From an uncultured Actinomycetes bacterium (GTDB lineage Bacteria > Actinomycetota > UBA4738 > HRBIN12): a DNA stretch of 64,000 nucleotides. Below, piece by piece: positions 20,054 through 29,774 of this stretch. Position 1 is the stretch's first letter. Every line of letters begins with the position of its first letter. The notes under the pieces are model-generated. The model did not search any database. It was given only the letters and a program-made list of their open reading frames with translations, and was not told the DNA's origin. Location of the stretch: the NCBI GenBank assembly GCA_963704725.1, contig OY969934.1, positions 2,400,001 to 2,464,000 of the forward strand, in the 5' to 3' direction. Both the position numbers and the translations under genes were made by a program.

Positions 20054-20551
20054 CTATTCGCCCTCGCCGGCGAAACGGAGCATCGAGCGGAGCATCGCGG
20101 CCATCGACTCCTGCTGCTCGGGCGACAGGTGCGAGGTCACGGCGACCTCCTCGGCGTTGAACCGCGGGAACAGCTCCTCGATCTTGCTCTGGCCGAGGCC
20201 GGTGAGCGAGACGCGCACCATGCGGCCGTCGGCGGAGTTCTTCCGGCGCTGTACGAGGCCACGCCGCTCGAGCGTGGTGACGACACCGGTCGACGTGGGC
20301 CGGCTGATGCCGACCGCGGCCGCGAGATCGCGCGATTCCATCTCGCCCCACACCCAGAGAACCCACAGCGCGACGAACGAGGTCCACGAGAGCCGGTCGT
20401 CGGCCAGGACCTTCGATTCCATGTGACGGCGGATCGCGGCGGAGGCGCGGAACAGGTTTGAGACCGCCCACATCGCGCGGAAGTCGAGCGGGAGGTGGCC
20501 GAGCCGCTCGAGCACCTTGCGTTCGGGGGGGAGCAGGCCGTCGTCGGTCAC
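20054..20551 (-). CDS. MarR family regulator
   Basis: LAAAVGISRPT, LERRGLVQR, DGRMVRVSLT. Confidence 0.9.
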   Translation of the reverse strand: MTDDGLLPPERKVLERLGHLPLDFRAMWAVSNLFRASAAIRRHMESKVLADDRLSWTSFVALWVLWVWGEMESRDLAAAVGISRPTSTGVVTTLERRGLVQRRKNSADGRMVRVSLTGLGQSKIEELFPRFNAEEVAVTSHLSPEQQESMAAMLRSMLRFAGEGE

Positions 20552-20576
20552 GAGGGCCGAAGTGTACCCCCAGCCG

Positions 20577-21440
20577 TCAACACGAATTGAGCGAGTCGGC
20601 GCCCGCGCCCCCGGCGCACGAATCGTCGCCCGGGCCGCCCAGGAGCTGGTCGTCGCCGTCGCCGCCGTGGAGGTCGTCCTTCCCTTTCCCGCCCTCGAGG
20701 AGGTCGTCGCCCGGACCCGAGATCAGCAGGTCGTCGCCGGCCCGGCCCAGCAGGTGGTCCCGCCCCGATCCGGTCCGGATCTGATCGTCGCCGTCCCCGC
20801 CGTCGACGAGCATCGATCCCGAGAACGCCACGCCGGTGATCGTGTCGTCCCCCGAGCCGCCCTGCACGGCGACGATCTCGACTCCCTGCAGCTTCGTCAC
20901 TTCGGAGCCCTCCGCGTGCAGGATGCGGCGGTCGTTGACCAGCCACCCGCCGGCACCCGAGACGGCTACCCGGTCCTTCCCCGAGCCGCCGACGACGACA
21001 CCGCCGCCGCCCCCGGGGAACAGCTTGTCGAACCCGTCGCCGCCCCGCAGCGTGTCGACGCCCCCGCCTCCGTACAGGTGGTCGCCCAGCGGGGAGCCGA
21101 TGAGCGTGTCGTTGCCGGCCTCGCCGAACACCGCGATCTCGAGCAGGATGTCGAAGGAAGGCCGGCCGAGGTCCGAGAGCACGATCCGATCCGGCCCATC
21201 GCCGGCCCGCACGAGCACGGACCGCACGTTCGAGCAGTGCACCCGGCCGCCGCTCGGCGCCTCCCCGTTGACCTTGACGTTGCCGTTGTCGCAGGTCACG
21301 GCGATCGTGTTCGCCCGGCCGTCCCCGTTCACCGTGAGGATCCCGAGCGCGAACTCGGCGGTGACGTCCGCCGACGCGGGCACGGCGGGGACGAGCACGA
21401 GCGCGAGCGTCAGCGCCAGGACCGCGAGCGTCCTGAGCAT
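20577..21440 (-). CDS. Secreted calcium-binding RTX/hemolysin-type repeat protein
   Basis: Sec signal peptide (…AVPASA); many GGxGxDxL nonapeptide repeats. Confidence 0.85.
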   Translation of the reverse strand: MLRTLAVLALTLALVLVPAVPASADVTAEFALGILTVNGDGRANTIAVTCDNGNVKVNGEAPSGGRVHCSNVRSVLVRAGDGPDRIVLSDLGRPSFDILLEIAVFGEAGNDTLIGSPLGDHLYGGGGVDTLRGGDGFDKLFPGGGGGVVVGGSGKDRVAVSGAGGWLVNDRRILHAEGSEVTKLQGVEIVAVQGGSGDDTITGVAFSGSMLVDGGDGDDQIRTGSGRDHLLGRAGDDLLISGPGDDLLEGGKGKDDLHGGDGDDQLLGGPGDDSCAGGAGADSLNSC

Positions 21441-21486
21441 GCCGAAGACGCTAGCCCACCACGGTCCCCGAGTCACCGAACCCGGC

Positions 21487-22659
21487 TCAGAACGTGAAGT
21501 TGCGGGGCGGGTCGGTCATCGTGAGGACCGGGCGCTCGGCGCCCCACGCGCTCACGTCGGACTCGGCCTTGCCGTCGTACACGAGCTCCACGAGCGACTT
21601 GCCGAACACGCTCGCGAACTTGAACGCGTGCGCCGCACCCAGGCCGAGCGCGATGCGCTCGTGACCGGGGACGAGGTCGAGGACGAAGTCGCGATCGGGC
21701 GTCATCGTGTACAGGCAGGTCTTCTGCTTCAGGTACGAGCCGAACCCCCCCGGCAGGTGCTCGCGCATGAACGAATCGACCGTCTCCGAGTAGTCGGGCC
21801 GCGGGTCGAACGAGCGCGTGTCGCCGGTGACCTCCGGCCCGCCGACGTCCCACCCGATCTTCGCCCCGGGTTCTCCGAACGCGGGGAACCCGTAGAACGA
21901 GGGCGTCCCCATCCAGATCCACACCGGGAACCGCTCCGGCGCGAACGCCTCGAAGTCCGTCGACGCATAGTACGTGACCTGCTCCTGCGTGACCGTCAGG
22001 TTGATGGGCCGCCAGAGCGGCCCGAGCACCTCGTTCGTCCACGCGTCGCACGCGAGGACGACGCGCTCGGCCCGGTACGTCCCGGCCTCGGTCTCGAGCT
22101 CGTACAGCCCGCCGGCGTCGCGGATCTCGGTCACCCGAGCGTGGTCGACGAGGGTGGCCCCCATCGACGAGGCGAGGCGGCGGTGCGCGGCGTTCGCCGT
22201 CGCGGCCGCCGCGATCCCGGCATCCGCCTGGTACATCACGCGGACGTCGTCGGTGAGGCGCCACTGCGGCCACCGACGCATCGCCTCGGCAGCGTCGAGC
22301 CACTCGGCGGCCACGCCTACCTCGTCGAGCGAGTGCGCGTAGTCGTGCATCCAGCCGTGCGCGCGCTCCGGGTACAGGTCGAGGCCGCCGGTGCGGACCA
22401 CGAGCCGGTCGCCCGACTCCTCCTCCACGACGCGCCATGCCTCGTAGGCGTCCTGCGCGAACCGCACGTACGCCGGCGTGTGATACGAGAGCCGGATGAT
22501 CCGCGAGTGATCCTGCGACGCGCCGCGCTCGTGGCCGAGCTCGAAGCGCTCGAGCCCGAGGACGCCGGAGCCGGCGCGCCTGGCCGCCCAGTACACCGCG
22601 CCCGAGCCGATCCCGCCGAGGCCGACCACGGCGATCTCGAACTCGCGAGGATCGCTCAC
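21487..22659 (-). CDS. solA: Monomeric sarcosine oxidase / N-methyl-L-tryptophan oxidase
   Basis: GLGGIGS, GASQDHSRIIR, TCLYTMTPD (covalent-FAD Cys), HAFKF. Confidence 0.88.
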   Translation of the reverse strand: MSDPREFEIAVVGLGGIGSGAVYWAARRAGSGVLGLERFELGHERGASQDHSRIIRLSYHTPAYVRFAQDAYEAWRVVEEESGDRLVVRTGGLDLYPERAHGWMHDYAHSLDEVGVAAEWLDAAEAMRRWPQWRLTDDVRVMYQADAGIAAAATANAAHRRLASSMGATLVDHARVTEIRDAGGLYELETEAGTYRAERVVLACDAWTNEVLGPLWRPINLTVTQEQVTYYASTDFEAFAPERFPVWIWMGTPSFYGFPAFGEPGAKIGWDVGGPEVTGDTRSFDPRPDYSETVDSFMREHLPGGFGSYLKQKTCLYTMTPDRDFVLDLVPGHERIALGLGAAHAFKFASVFGKSLVELVYDGKAESDVSAWGAERPVLTMTDPPRNFTF

Positions 22660-22660
22660 G

Positions 22661-23656
22661 TCAGACTTCGGTCTCGGTGTGGGCGTGGTACTCGTACGCG
22701 CTCATGGCGCGGCCGGTCGTGCTCTTCCAGTCGCGCTCGTCGGCCGGGACGCGCCCCAGGGCCTTGGCCATCGCCCGGACGTGCGCCTGCACCGAGCCGC
22801 AGCACGAGCCGATGTAGTTCACGCCGCCCTCGTTGGCGCGGCGGGCGAACTCGGCCATCTCCTGGCGCGAGAGCTGGAGCGGATCGAGCTCGTAGGGGAA
22901 GCTCGGCAGCGCCGTGAAGTCGGGGCGCTCGGACGTCGTCCGGTAGGCGACGGGCTGGGCGGCGACGAACCCCTCCACGGCGCCGCGCATCTCGAGCGCG
23001 ATGGGGAGCTGCTGCCCGGGGCCGTTCAGGCAGTTGACGCCGACGATGTCGGCGCCGGCGTCGCGGAGCCGCCGGGCGCACTCGGCGGGCGTGTCCCCCT
23101 CGTACGAGCGCGGCACGGGCTGCTCGAACGACATCGTCGCCATGACGGGCAGGCCGGTGGCCTTGGCGCGCTCGACGAACAGCAGCGCCTCGCCCAGGTA
23201 GCTGTACGTCTCGCCGATCCAGAAGTCGGGCGGGCCGGCGTCGACCTGGTTCTGGAGCTGCCGGTCGAACAGCGCCCGCACGCGGTCGGAGCTCGCGGGA
23301 TCCTCGGGCTCGTACGCCCAGGTCAGGGAGAGGTTGCCCGCGACGAGCGCGTCGCCCTCGGCCGCGACCTCGCGCGCGATGCGGACGGCGTCCCGGTTGA
23401 TCTCGTCGACCCTGCCGGCGAGGCCCACCGTGGCGAGCTTGTCGTCGCTTGCGTAGAAGGTCATCGTCTGCAGCACCTCGGCGCCGGCGCGCAGGAACTC
23501 GCGATGGAGCTGCGCCAGCGCGTCGGGGTGCTCGACCACCACCTCGGGCGTGAACGGCCCCGCCTGCACGTAGCCGCGCTTCTCGAGCTCGAGCAGGTAC
23601 CCGCCGTCGCCGACCACCGGCCCCTCGGCGAGACGTTCCAGGATCCCCTTCGTCAT
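22661..23656 (-). CDS. Homocysteine S-methyltransferase, betaine-homocysteine methyltransferase-like
   Basis: GDGGYLLELEKRGYVQAGPFTPE...LHREFLRAG...TFYAS; Zn ligands GVNC and GSCCG. Confidence 0.85.
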   Translation of the reverse strand: MTKGILERLAEGPVVGDGGYLLELEKRGYVQAGPFTPEVVVEHPDALAQLHREFLRAGAEVLQTMTFYASDDKLATVGLAGRVDEINRDAVRIAREVAAEGDALVAGNLSLTWAYEPEDPASSDRVRALFDRQLQNQVDAGPPDFWIGETYSYLGEALLFVERAKATGLPVMATMSFEQPVPRSYEGDTPAECARRLRDAGADIVGVNCLNGPGQQLPIALEMRGAVEGFVAAQPVAYRTTSERPDFTALPSFPYELDPLQLSRQEMAEFARRANEGGVNYIGSCCGSVQAHVRAMAKALGRVPADERDWKSTTGRAMSAYEYHAHTETEV

Positions 23657-23748
23657 GCGCGGCTCCTTCGTCGAGGGCGGCGGACCGAGTCTAGTCACGG
23701 CCGCGGGCACGACCTCGAACGGGCCTGTGACCGGAGGTCACCGGACGA

Positions 23749-24642
23749 TCAGGCGACGAGCACGCACTCCACGCCGTGGAGGCCCGAGACGACCTCGTCC
23801 CAGGTCGAGCCCTCGTCGGCGGATCCGAAGACTCGGCCGTCCCCCGTCCCGAAGGCGGCGAGACCGTCCGCCGCGTCCAGCCATGCGCTGTCGATGTTCG
23901 CGTCGAACCACTCGGGCATCCCGGCCGCGCACCGTTCGAACGGGCCGTCGAGGATCGGGCCGCGATAGAGCGCGGCCCGGCCCCCCCGCGGACCGAGCGA
24001 GGCCGACACGAGCACGGTCTCCCCGATCACCGCGACACCGCGGCAGTACGAGGCGTGGAGACCCTCGTCGCGGATCGTCCACGAGTCGCCGCCGTCCCGG
24101 CTCACCGCGAGCCCCGTGGCGCAGGCCGCCAGGACGCCCTCGTCGCCGGCCCACACGCGGTGGACGTCGGCATCGACGTCGATCGTCGGCTCCCACGTGC
24201 GGCCGCCGTCCCGGGATCGAGCGATCCCGCCGACGTGGACGTTCACGTACACGGCGTCGCCATCCTCGGCGATCGAGCGGGTGTCGGGCGGACCGCCCCA
24301 CGGCGTGTACCAGCCGTCGCGGCCCTCGACCGCCTCGAAACCCGTGACCGTCTCGAAGCCGCGGTCGCCGACGCTGGCCAGATGCGCCTGCGCCAGCCCG
24401 ACGAGCAACCCCGACCGCGTCGGCGCGATGCAGGTCAGCTCCTCGTTGCCGAGGACGGCGGACCATCGGGACCAGCGCCCGCCCTGCGTTCGGCGGACCT
24501 GGTGGTGATCGAGGATTGCCCAGAGCTCGCCGGCGCCGCGGGCCAGCGCGGTCACCCGATGGCCGGCGTGCTCGAGCTCACCCTCGCGGCCGTCCTCGAA
24601 CACGCGCAGCCCGTCCACCGTCCCCACCAGGATCCGGGGCAT
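23749..24642 (-). CDS. BNR/WD40-like beta-propeller protein
   Basis: Asp-box repeats SRDGGRTW, SRDGGDSW, SADEGSTW; no signal peptide. Confidence 0.8.
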   Translation of the reverse strand: MPRILVGTVDGLRVFEDGREGELEHAGHRVTALARGAGELWAILDHHQVRRTQGGRWSRWSAVLGNEELTCIAPTRSGLLVGLAQAHLASVGDRGFETVTGFEAVEGRDGWYTPWGGPPDTRSIAEDGDAVYVNVHVGGIARSRDGGRTWEPTIDVDADVHRVWAGDEGVLAACATGLAVSRDGGDSWTIRDEGLHASYCRGVAVIGETVLVSASLGPRGGRAALYRGPILDGPFERCAAGMPEWFDANIDSAWLDAADGLAAFGTGDGRVFGSADEGSTWDEVVSGLHGVECVLVA

Positions 24643-24691
24643 GCCCAGGATGGTACGTCGGGCGCTCGTCGGCGATGCCTAGGATGGTCGC

Positions 24692-25192
24692 GTGGACGCA
24701 GACAGCCTGCTCGCGCTCGTCCGGTTCCACGCGTGGGCGAACGACCGGATCCTCACGACGGCGGCCGACCTGTCGGACGAGGAGCTCCGCGAGGCGACGA
24801 ACCTCGATCATGGCAGCGCGTTCCAGACGCTACGGCATCTCGTCGACGTCGACTGGAGCTGGCGCGAGTTGTGCATCGGGAACGACGTAGGAGAGAGCTA
24901 CGTGTGGGACCACGGCTTCGTGCTCGACGATCTTCCGGCCATCCACGCGTTCTGCCTCCAGGAAGACGCGCGCCTGCGCCACTACGTCGAGTCCCTGGAC
25001 GGGGCGGCGCTGAGCAAATCGGTGGCCATCGGCGCGGACTTCGCCCGGTCCCGATGGCTCATCCTCGCGCACGTCGTGAACCACGGAACGCAGCACCGCA
25101 GCGAGCTTGCTCGGTACCTCACCGAGCGCGGGCACTCCCCTGGCGAGCTCGACCTCCTGGACGCGGTGGAACTGCCGTGGCCGCCCACCTGA
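24692..25192 (+). CDS. DinB family protein
   Basis: HAWANDRIL, TLRHLV, HVVNHGTQHRSE. Confidence 0.88.
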   Translation: MDADSLLALVRFHAWANDRILTTAADLSDEELREATNLDHGSAFQTLRHLVDVDWSWRELCIGNDVGESYVWDHGFVLDDLPAIHAFCLQEDARLRHYVESLDGAALSKSVAIGADFARSRWLILAHVVNHGTQHRSELARYLTERGHSPGELDLLDAVELPWPPT

Positions 25193-25336
25193 GCCTGTGA
25201 GTGCGTCGCGACCGCCACTGCCCACCAGAGGAAGGAGCGGATCAACCTTCCCTCTCACCCCCGACGCCCGGGAGGTTCCGGAACGGTTGTCTGCTCGAAG
25301 GTCCTGTTCCCCGAGCCCCGCGTTCATGAATCTCGA

Positions 25337-25912
25337 TCAGCCCTCCGCGAGGAGCGCGTAGATCTTCTTGCGGGCCTCCGCAAGGATCTCGGCGGCCGCC
25401 TTTCGCTGCGCCTCGGTACCGGTCCTCGCGATCTGCATGGCCGCGGCCCCGAGCTGGAACGCCGAGTCGCGGAACTGGGCGAGCCCCTCGCCGAGCGGTC
25501 CGAACTCCCACGGCGCGCCTCCGGAGCCTCCGCGCTCGCGGCGCTCCTCGAGCTCGGTGCGGCCGGCGTCGGTGATCGAGTACACGCGCTTGCCGTCCTG
25601 CTCCTGCCCGGTGACGAGTCCCTCGTCCTCGAGAAGCTGGAGCGTCGGGTAGATCGAGCCCGGGCTCGGGCGCCACATGCCGCCACTGCGCTGCTCGAGC
25701 TCCCGGATCAGGTCGTAGCCGTGCATGGGCTTGTCGGCGAGCAGGGACAGCAGCCCCGTGCGCACGTCGCCCCGGCGAGCCCGGCGACCGCCCCAGGGCG
25801 GACCCCCGAACCACATGTGCTCGCCGTGCCGGCCTCCACCCCACGGTCCGAACCCCTCGTGGTGCCGGCGGTGCTGATGCGGTGCCTGGTGCATCGGATC
25901 CTCCTTCGTCAC
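25337..25912 (-). CDS. PadR family regulator with a His/Gly-rich N-terminus
   Basis: RRGDVR, PMHGYDLI, WRPSPGSIYPTL, IYALLAE. Confidence 0.9.
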   Translation of the reverse strand: MTKEDPMHQAPHQHRRHHEGFGPWGGGRHGEHMWFGGPPWGGRRARRGDVRTGLLSLLADKPMHGYDLIRELEQRSGGMWRPSPGSIYPTLQLLEDEGLVTGQEQDGKRVYSITDAGRTELEERRERGGSGGAPWEFGPLGEGLAQFRDSAFQLGAAAMQIARTGTEAQRKAAAEILAEARKKIYALLAEG

Positions 25913-25997
25913 GATGTCTCTTCAACCCATCGTGATATATCGTAACACGTCGCGACCTAGTGACAAGAGCTCGAAGAACGGTGGGTTCGGATCCAGG

Positions 25998-27245
25998 TCA
26001 GGCGGTGGCGCGCTCCAGCTCGCCGAAGACCCGGTCCAGGCCCCAGTCGAGCTCCTCCTGGCTGATCACCAGGGGCGGGGCGAGGCGGATCGTCGTCTCG
26101 TGGGTGTCCTTGGCGAGCACACCACGCTCCAGCAGGCGCTCGGCGAGCCGGCGGGCCGGACGGGCCTCGGGCACGAGCTGGACGCCGGCCCACAGCCCCC
26201 GGATCCGCGCCTCCTCCACCGCCGGCGACGCGACGTCGCGGAACCGCGCGGCCATGCGCTCGCCGAGCCGCCGGGAGTTCTCCTGGAGCTCGCCGGTGCG
26301 AAGGAGCTGGATCACGCGGCGGCCGATCGCGGCGCCGAAGGGGTTGCCGCCGAACGTGCTGCCGTGCTCCCCCGGCTTGTAGACGCCGAGCACCTCGCGA
26401 TCGGCGACGACCGCCGAGACCGGGATGATGCCGCCGCCGAGCGCCTTGCCCAGGATGAACATGTCCGGCCGGACGCCCTCGTGCTCCACGGCGAACGTGG
26501 TGCCGGCGCGGCCGAGCCCCGACTGGATCTCGTCGGCGATCAGGAGGACGCCGCGCGCGGAGCAGATCTCGCGCGCCCGGCGCAGGTAGCCGTCGGGCGG
26601 GATGACCACGCCGGCCTCGCCCTGGATCGGCTCGACGAGGAACGCCACCGTGTCCTCGTCGATCGCGGCCTCGAGCGCGTCGGCGTCCCCGAACGGCACG
26701 ACCTCGAACCCGGGCGTGAGCGGGCCGAAGTTCCGCTTGGAGCCCGGGTCGGTGGAGAAGCTGATGATGCTGATCGTGCGGCCGTGGAAGTTCCGCTCGC
26801 ACACGATGACCTTGGCCCGGTCGGGCGCGACGCCCTTGACCTCGTAGCCCCACTTGCGGGCGGTCTTCAGCGCGGTCTCGACGCCCTCGGCGCCCGAGTT
26901 CATCGGCAGGGCCAGGTCCATCCCGCAGAGCTCGGCGAGCTCGCGCAGGAACGGGCCGATCTGATCGTTGTGGAAGGCCCGGCTGGTCAGCGTGAGCCGG
27001 TCGAGCTGCTCCTTCGCCGCGGACACGAGCGCCGGGTGCCGGTGGCCGAAGTTCAGCGCGGAGTAGGCGGAGAGCATGTCCAGATAGCGGTTGCCCTCGA
27101 CGTCGGTGACCCAGCACCCCTCGCCCTCGGCCACGACGACGGGAAGTGGGTGGTAGTTGTGCGCCGAGTACCGCTCGACGAGCTCGATGTGCTCCTCGGA
27201 CGTCCTCGGCATGACGCCTTCGAGCCGGTCCGCCTGGGTGGTCAT
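25998..27245 (-). CDS. rocD: Ornithine--oxo-acid transaminase
   Basis: AHNYHPLPVV, YSALNFGHRHP, TSRAFH, EPIQGEAG, DEIQSGLGR, LGKALGGG, HGSTFGGN. Confidence 0.93.
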   Translation of the reverse strand: MTTQADRLEGVMPRTSEEHIELVERYSAHNYHPLPVVVAEGEGCWVTDVEGNRYLDMLSAYSALNFGHRHPALVSAAKEQLDRLTLTSRAFHNDQIGPFLRELAELCGMDLALPMNSGAEGVETALKTARKWGYEVKGVAPDRAKVIVCERNFHGRTISIISFSTDPGSKRNFGPLTPGFEVVPFGDADALEAAIDEDTVAFLVEPIQGEAGVVIPPDGYLRRAREICSARGVLLIADEIQSGLGRAGTTFAVEHEGVRPDMFILGKALGGGIIPVSAVVADREVLGVYKPGEHGSTFGGNPFGAAIGRRVIQLLRTGELQENSRRLGERMAARFRDVASPAVEEARIRGLWAGVQLVPEARPARRLAERLLERGVLAKDTHETTIRLAPPLVISQEELDWGLDRVFGELERATA

Positions 27246-27283
27246 CGAACGCCCTCCTGCTCTCCGAACGCCCCCACGGCGAG

Positions 27284-27321
27284 TGTACCCGCCGCCGGGC
27301 GGGCCTCCGGCGGCGGGTACA
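27284..27321. terminator. Perfect 15-bp hairpin after the ABC permease gene
   Basis: TGTACCCGCCGCCGG-N8-CCGGCGGCGGGTACA. Confidence 0.6.
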
Positions 27322-27340
27322 GGGGGTTGGAGCAGGGGGT

Positions 27341-28153
27341 TCAGACGCTCCGGCGGTAGCGCCGGACGGCGAGCGGGGCAAACACGATGAGGATCCCGGC
27401 GATCCACGCGAGCGACTGCAGCACGTAGGTCGCGGTGTCCCCGCCCTGCATCAGCGCGCGCACCGCAGACGCGGTCACCGAGACGGGCTGGTGGTTCGCG
27501 AACGCCTGCAGCCAGCCCGGCATCGAGTCGACCGGGACGAACGCCGAGGACGCGAACACGAGCGGCGCGAGCACGGGGAAGGCGGCGGCCTGCGCGGTCT
27601 CCGGATCCCCCACCGTCAGCCCCACGAAGGCGAAGATCCACGCGAACGCGTAGCCGAACGCCAGCACCAGCGCCATGCCGGCGACGAAGCCCAGCGCGTT
27701 CGTGCCCACGCGGAACCCCACGGCGAACCCGACCGCCGTCATGAGCACCACGACGAAGACGTTGCGGGTGAGGTCGGCGAGCGTGCGGCCGGCCAGCACC
27801 GCCGAACGGGCCATCGGGAGCGAGTGGAACCGCTCGAGCAGCCCCGACTTCATGTCCGTGGCCAGGCCGATCGCCGCGGCCATCGAGCCGAAGACGATCG
27901 TCTGCACGAACACCCCCGGCATCAGGAAGTCGACGTACGAGATCCCGGGGACGCGGATCGCCCCTCCGAAGACGTACCGGAACAGCAGGACGAAGATCAC
28001 CGGCTGGATCGTCGAGAACACGAGCAGCTGGGGAACCCGGCGGTAGCCGATCAGGTTCCGCCAGGTGATGGCGATCGCGTCCCGAACGGCCCGTACCGGG
28101 GCGGGGCGGTGGTACTCGCGTTCGAACGTGAGGTCGATGGGGGTGGCGGTCAT
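27341..28153 (-). CDS. ABC-2 exporter permease (DrrB-like)
   Basis: IQPVIFVLLFRYVFGG, RFHSLPMARSAVLAGR, FASSAFVP, FANHQP. Confidence 0.9.
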   Translation of the reverse strand: MTATPIDLTFEREYHRPAPVRAVRDAIAITWRNLIGYRRVPQLLVFSTIQPVIFVLLFRYVFGGAIRVPGISYVDFLMPGVFVQTIVFGSMAAAIGLATDMKSGLLERFHSLPMARSAVLAGRTLADLTRNVFVVVLMTAVGFAVGFRVGTNALGFVAGMALVLAFGYAFAWIFAFVGLTVGDPETAQAAAFPVLAPLVFASSAFVPVDSMPGWLQAFANHQPVSVTASAVRALMQGGDTATYVLQSLAWIAGILIVFAPLAVRRYRRSV

Positions 28154-29136
28154 GCGGCACCTCGTGCGGGTCGGGCTCCCTCGGGAGCTGGATCGGTCGG
28201 TTCGGTGCGGCGCCCGGTGAGCGCGAGGAACACGTCGTCCATGCTCGGCTCGCGCACGGCGAGCGTGGCCGGGACGAGGTCCTCGGCGTCGAGCGACCGC
28301 AGCACCTCGACGAGCGCGCCGGCGCCGTCCTCGCTCGTCAGTCGGAGCGTGGAGCCATCTCGCTCGGCGCGGTGGTCGAACCGCTGGGTCAGCAGCAGCT
28401 CGGCGCGCGTGGCGGCGGCGTGGTCCGCGAGCCCCATCTCGATGACGGTGCTGCCGAGCTGGGCCTTCAGCCGCTCCGGCGTGTCGTTGGCGATGAGGTG
28501 CCCGCCGTCGACGACGGCGATGCGGTCGGCCAGCCGGTCGGCCTCCTCCAGGTACTGCGTGGTGAGCAGCACCGTGGTGCCCTCGGCGACGAGCTCGCGG
28601 ATCATGTCCCACAGCTCGCCCCGGCTGTGCAGGTCGAGCCCGGTCGTCGGCTCGTCCAGGAACAGCACCGGCGGGCGCTGCACGAGCGCCGCGGCGATGT
28701 CGAGCCGCCTCCGCATGCCACCCGAGTAGGTCCGGGCCGGCCGGTCGGCGGCGTCGGCGAGCTCGAACCGCTCGAGCAGCTCGTCGGCGCGCGGGCGGAG
28801 CACGCTCTTCGGCAGCTGCGCGAGCCGGCCGACCAGGCGGAGGTTCTCGCGACCGGTCAGGTTGGGATCGACGGCCGCGTACTGCCCGGCCAGCCCGATC
28901 CGACGGCGGACCGCGTCGGGCTCGCGGGTCACGTCGCGCCCGAGGACGAAGCCCCGGCCGGCGTCCGGTCGCAGGACCGTGGCGAGGATCCGCACCGTGG
29001 TCGTCTTGCCCGCGCCGTTCGGCCCGAGCAGCCCGAACACGGTGCCGGTGGGCACCTCGAAGTCGACGCCGTCCAGGGCCGGCACGCTCGCGTACCGCTT
29101 GACCAGTCCCTCGACGACGATGCCGTTGTCGGTCAT
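28150..29136 (-). CDS. ABC exporter ATP-binding protein (DrrA-like)
   Basis: GPNGAGKT, YSGGMRRR, LFLDEPT, LTTQYLEEA, DDVFLALTG. Confidence 0.92.
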   Translation of the reverse strand: MTDNGIVVEGLVKRYASVPALDGVDFEVPTGTVFGLLGPNGAGKTTTVRILATVLRPDAGRGFVLGRDVTREPDAVRRRIGLAGQYAAVDPNLTGRENLRLVGRLAQLPKSVLRPRADELLERFELADAADRPARTYSGGMRRRLDIAAALVQRPPVLFLDEPTTGLDLHSRGELWDMIRELVAEGTTVLLTTQYLEEADRLADRIAVVDGGHLIANDTPERLKAQLGSTVIEMGLADHAAATRAELLLTQRFDHRAERDGSTLRLTSEDGAGALVEVLRSLDAEDLVPATLAVREPSMDDVFLALTGRRTEPTDPAPEGARPARGAA

Positions 29137-29279
29137 GTCTGGCTCCTTCCGTGATCGCGGCGGGTCGCGCGATCGATCCCCGCACCCTACCAACGACCGT
29201 TGAGATGAGTCAAGATTTGAGCCAAGACAAATATGAAGGAATCATGAATGTCGAGAATGATCCGTGGTATGCTCGCCGC

Positions 29280-29774
29280 ATGGGCGCGCATGCGGCGGGT
29301 GAGGCGTGGCGGCTCATCTACCGGATCCTCGTCGAGGGCGAGGCGCACGACCGGATGAAGGAGGCGTGCGCGATCGCCGGTGTCTCACCCGGGATCTTGA
29401 AGACGCTCCTGCACCTGGAGCCCGGCACGGGCATCGCCATGCGCGATCTCTCCGAGCACTGGGGGGTGGACGCGTCCTGGATCACGAGCGTGGTGGACGA
29501 GCTCGAGACCCGAGGGCTGGCCAGGCGCCTCCCGCATCCGAGCGACCGCCGCGTGAGGATGGTGGCGCTCACCGATGAGGGAGTCGCCGTGAGGGATCAG
29601 GCACTCCATCTCGTCTTCGCTCCCCCGGCGTCGATGACCGCGTTGACCTCGGCGGAGCAGCGCCAGCTCCGCGACCTGCTCCGCAAGGTCGCCGCCGCGG
29701 ACCCCCGTCTGGGCCGGGAGCCCGGCCCCGCTCACGTGATCGCGGCGGCGAGCTCCTCGAAGTTGTCGACGTAG
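29280..29774 (+). CDS. MarR family regulator, divergent from the ABC exporter
   Basis: DASWITSVVDELE, PSDRRVRMVALT; leaderless TATGCT-N6-ATG; AT-rich intergenic region. Confidence 0.88.
   Translation: MGAHAAGEAWRLIYRILVEGEAHDRMKEACAIAGVSPGILKTLLHLEPGTGIAMRDLSEHWGVDASWITSVVDELETRGLARRLPHPSDRRVRMVALTDEGVAVRDQALHLVFAPPASMTALTSAEQRQLRDLLRKVAAADPRLGREPGPAHVIAAASSSKLST

Noticed and set aside
20577-21130. Periodic GTCGTCGCC repeats as a CRISPR or VNTR
   Set aside because: They are the codons of RTX nonapeptide repeats; no repeat-spacer structure and no cas genes
29732-29774. 43-bp convergent overlap of marR and the aminotransferase as antisense regulation
   Set aside because: Short 3' overlaps are common in high-GC genomes; no further support
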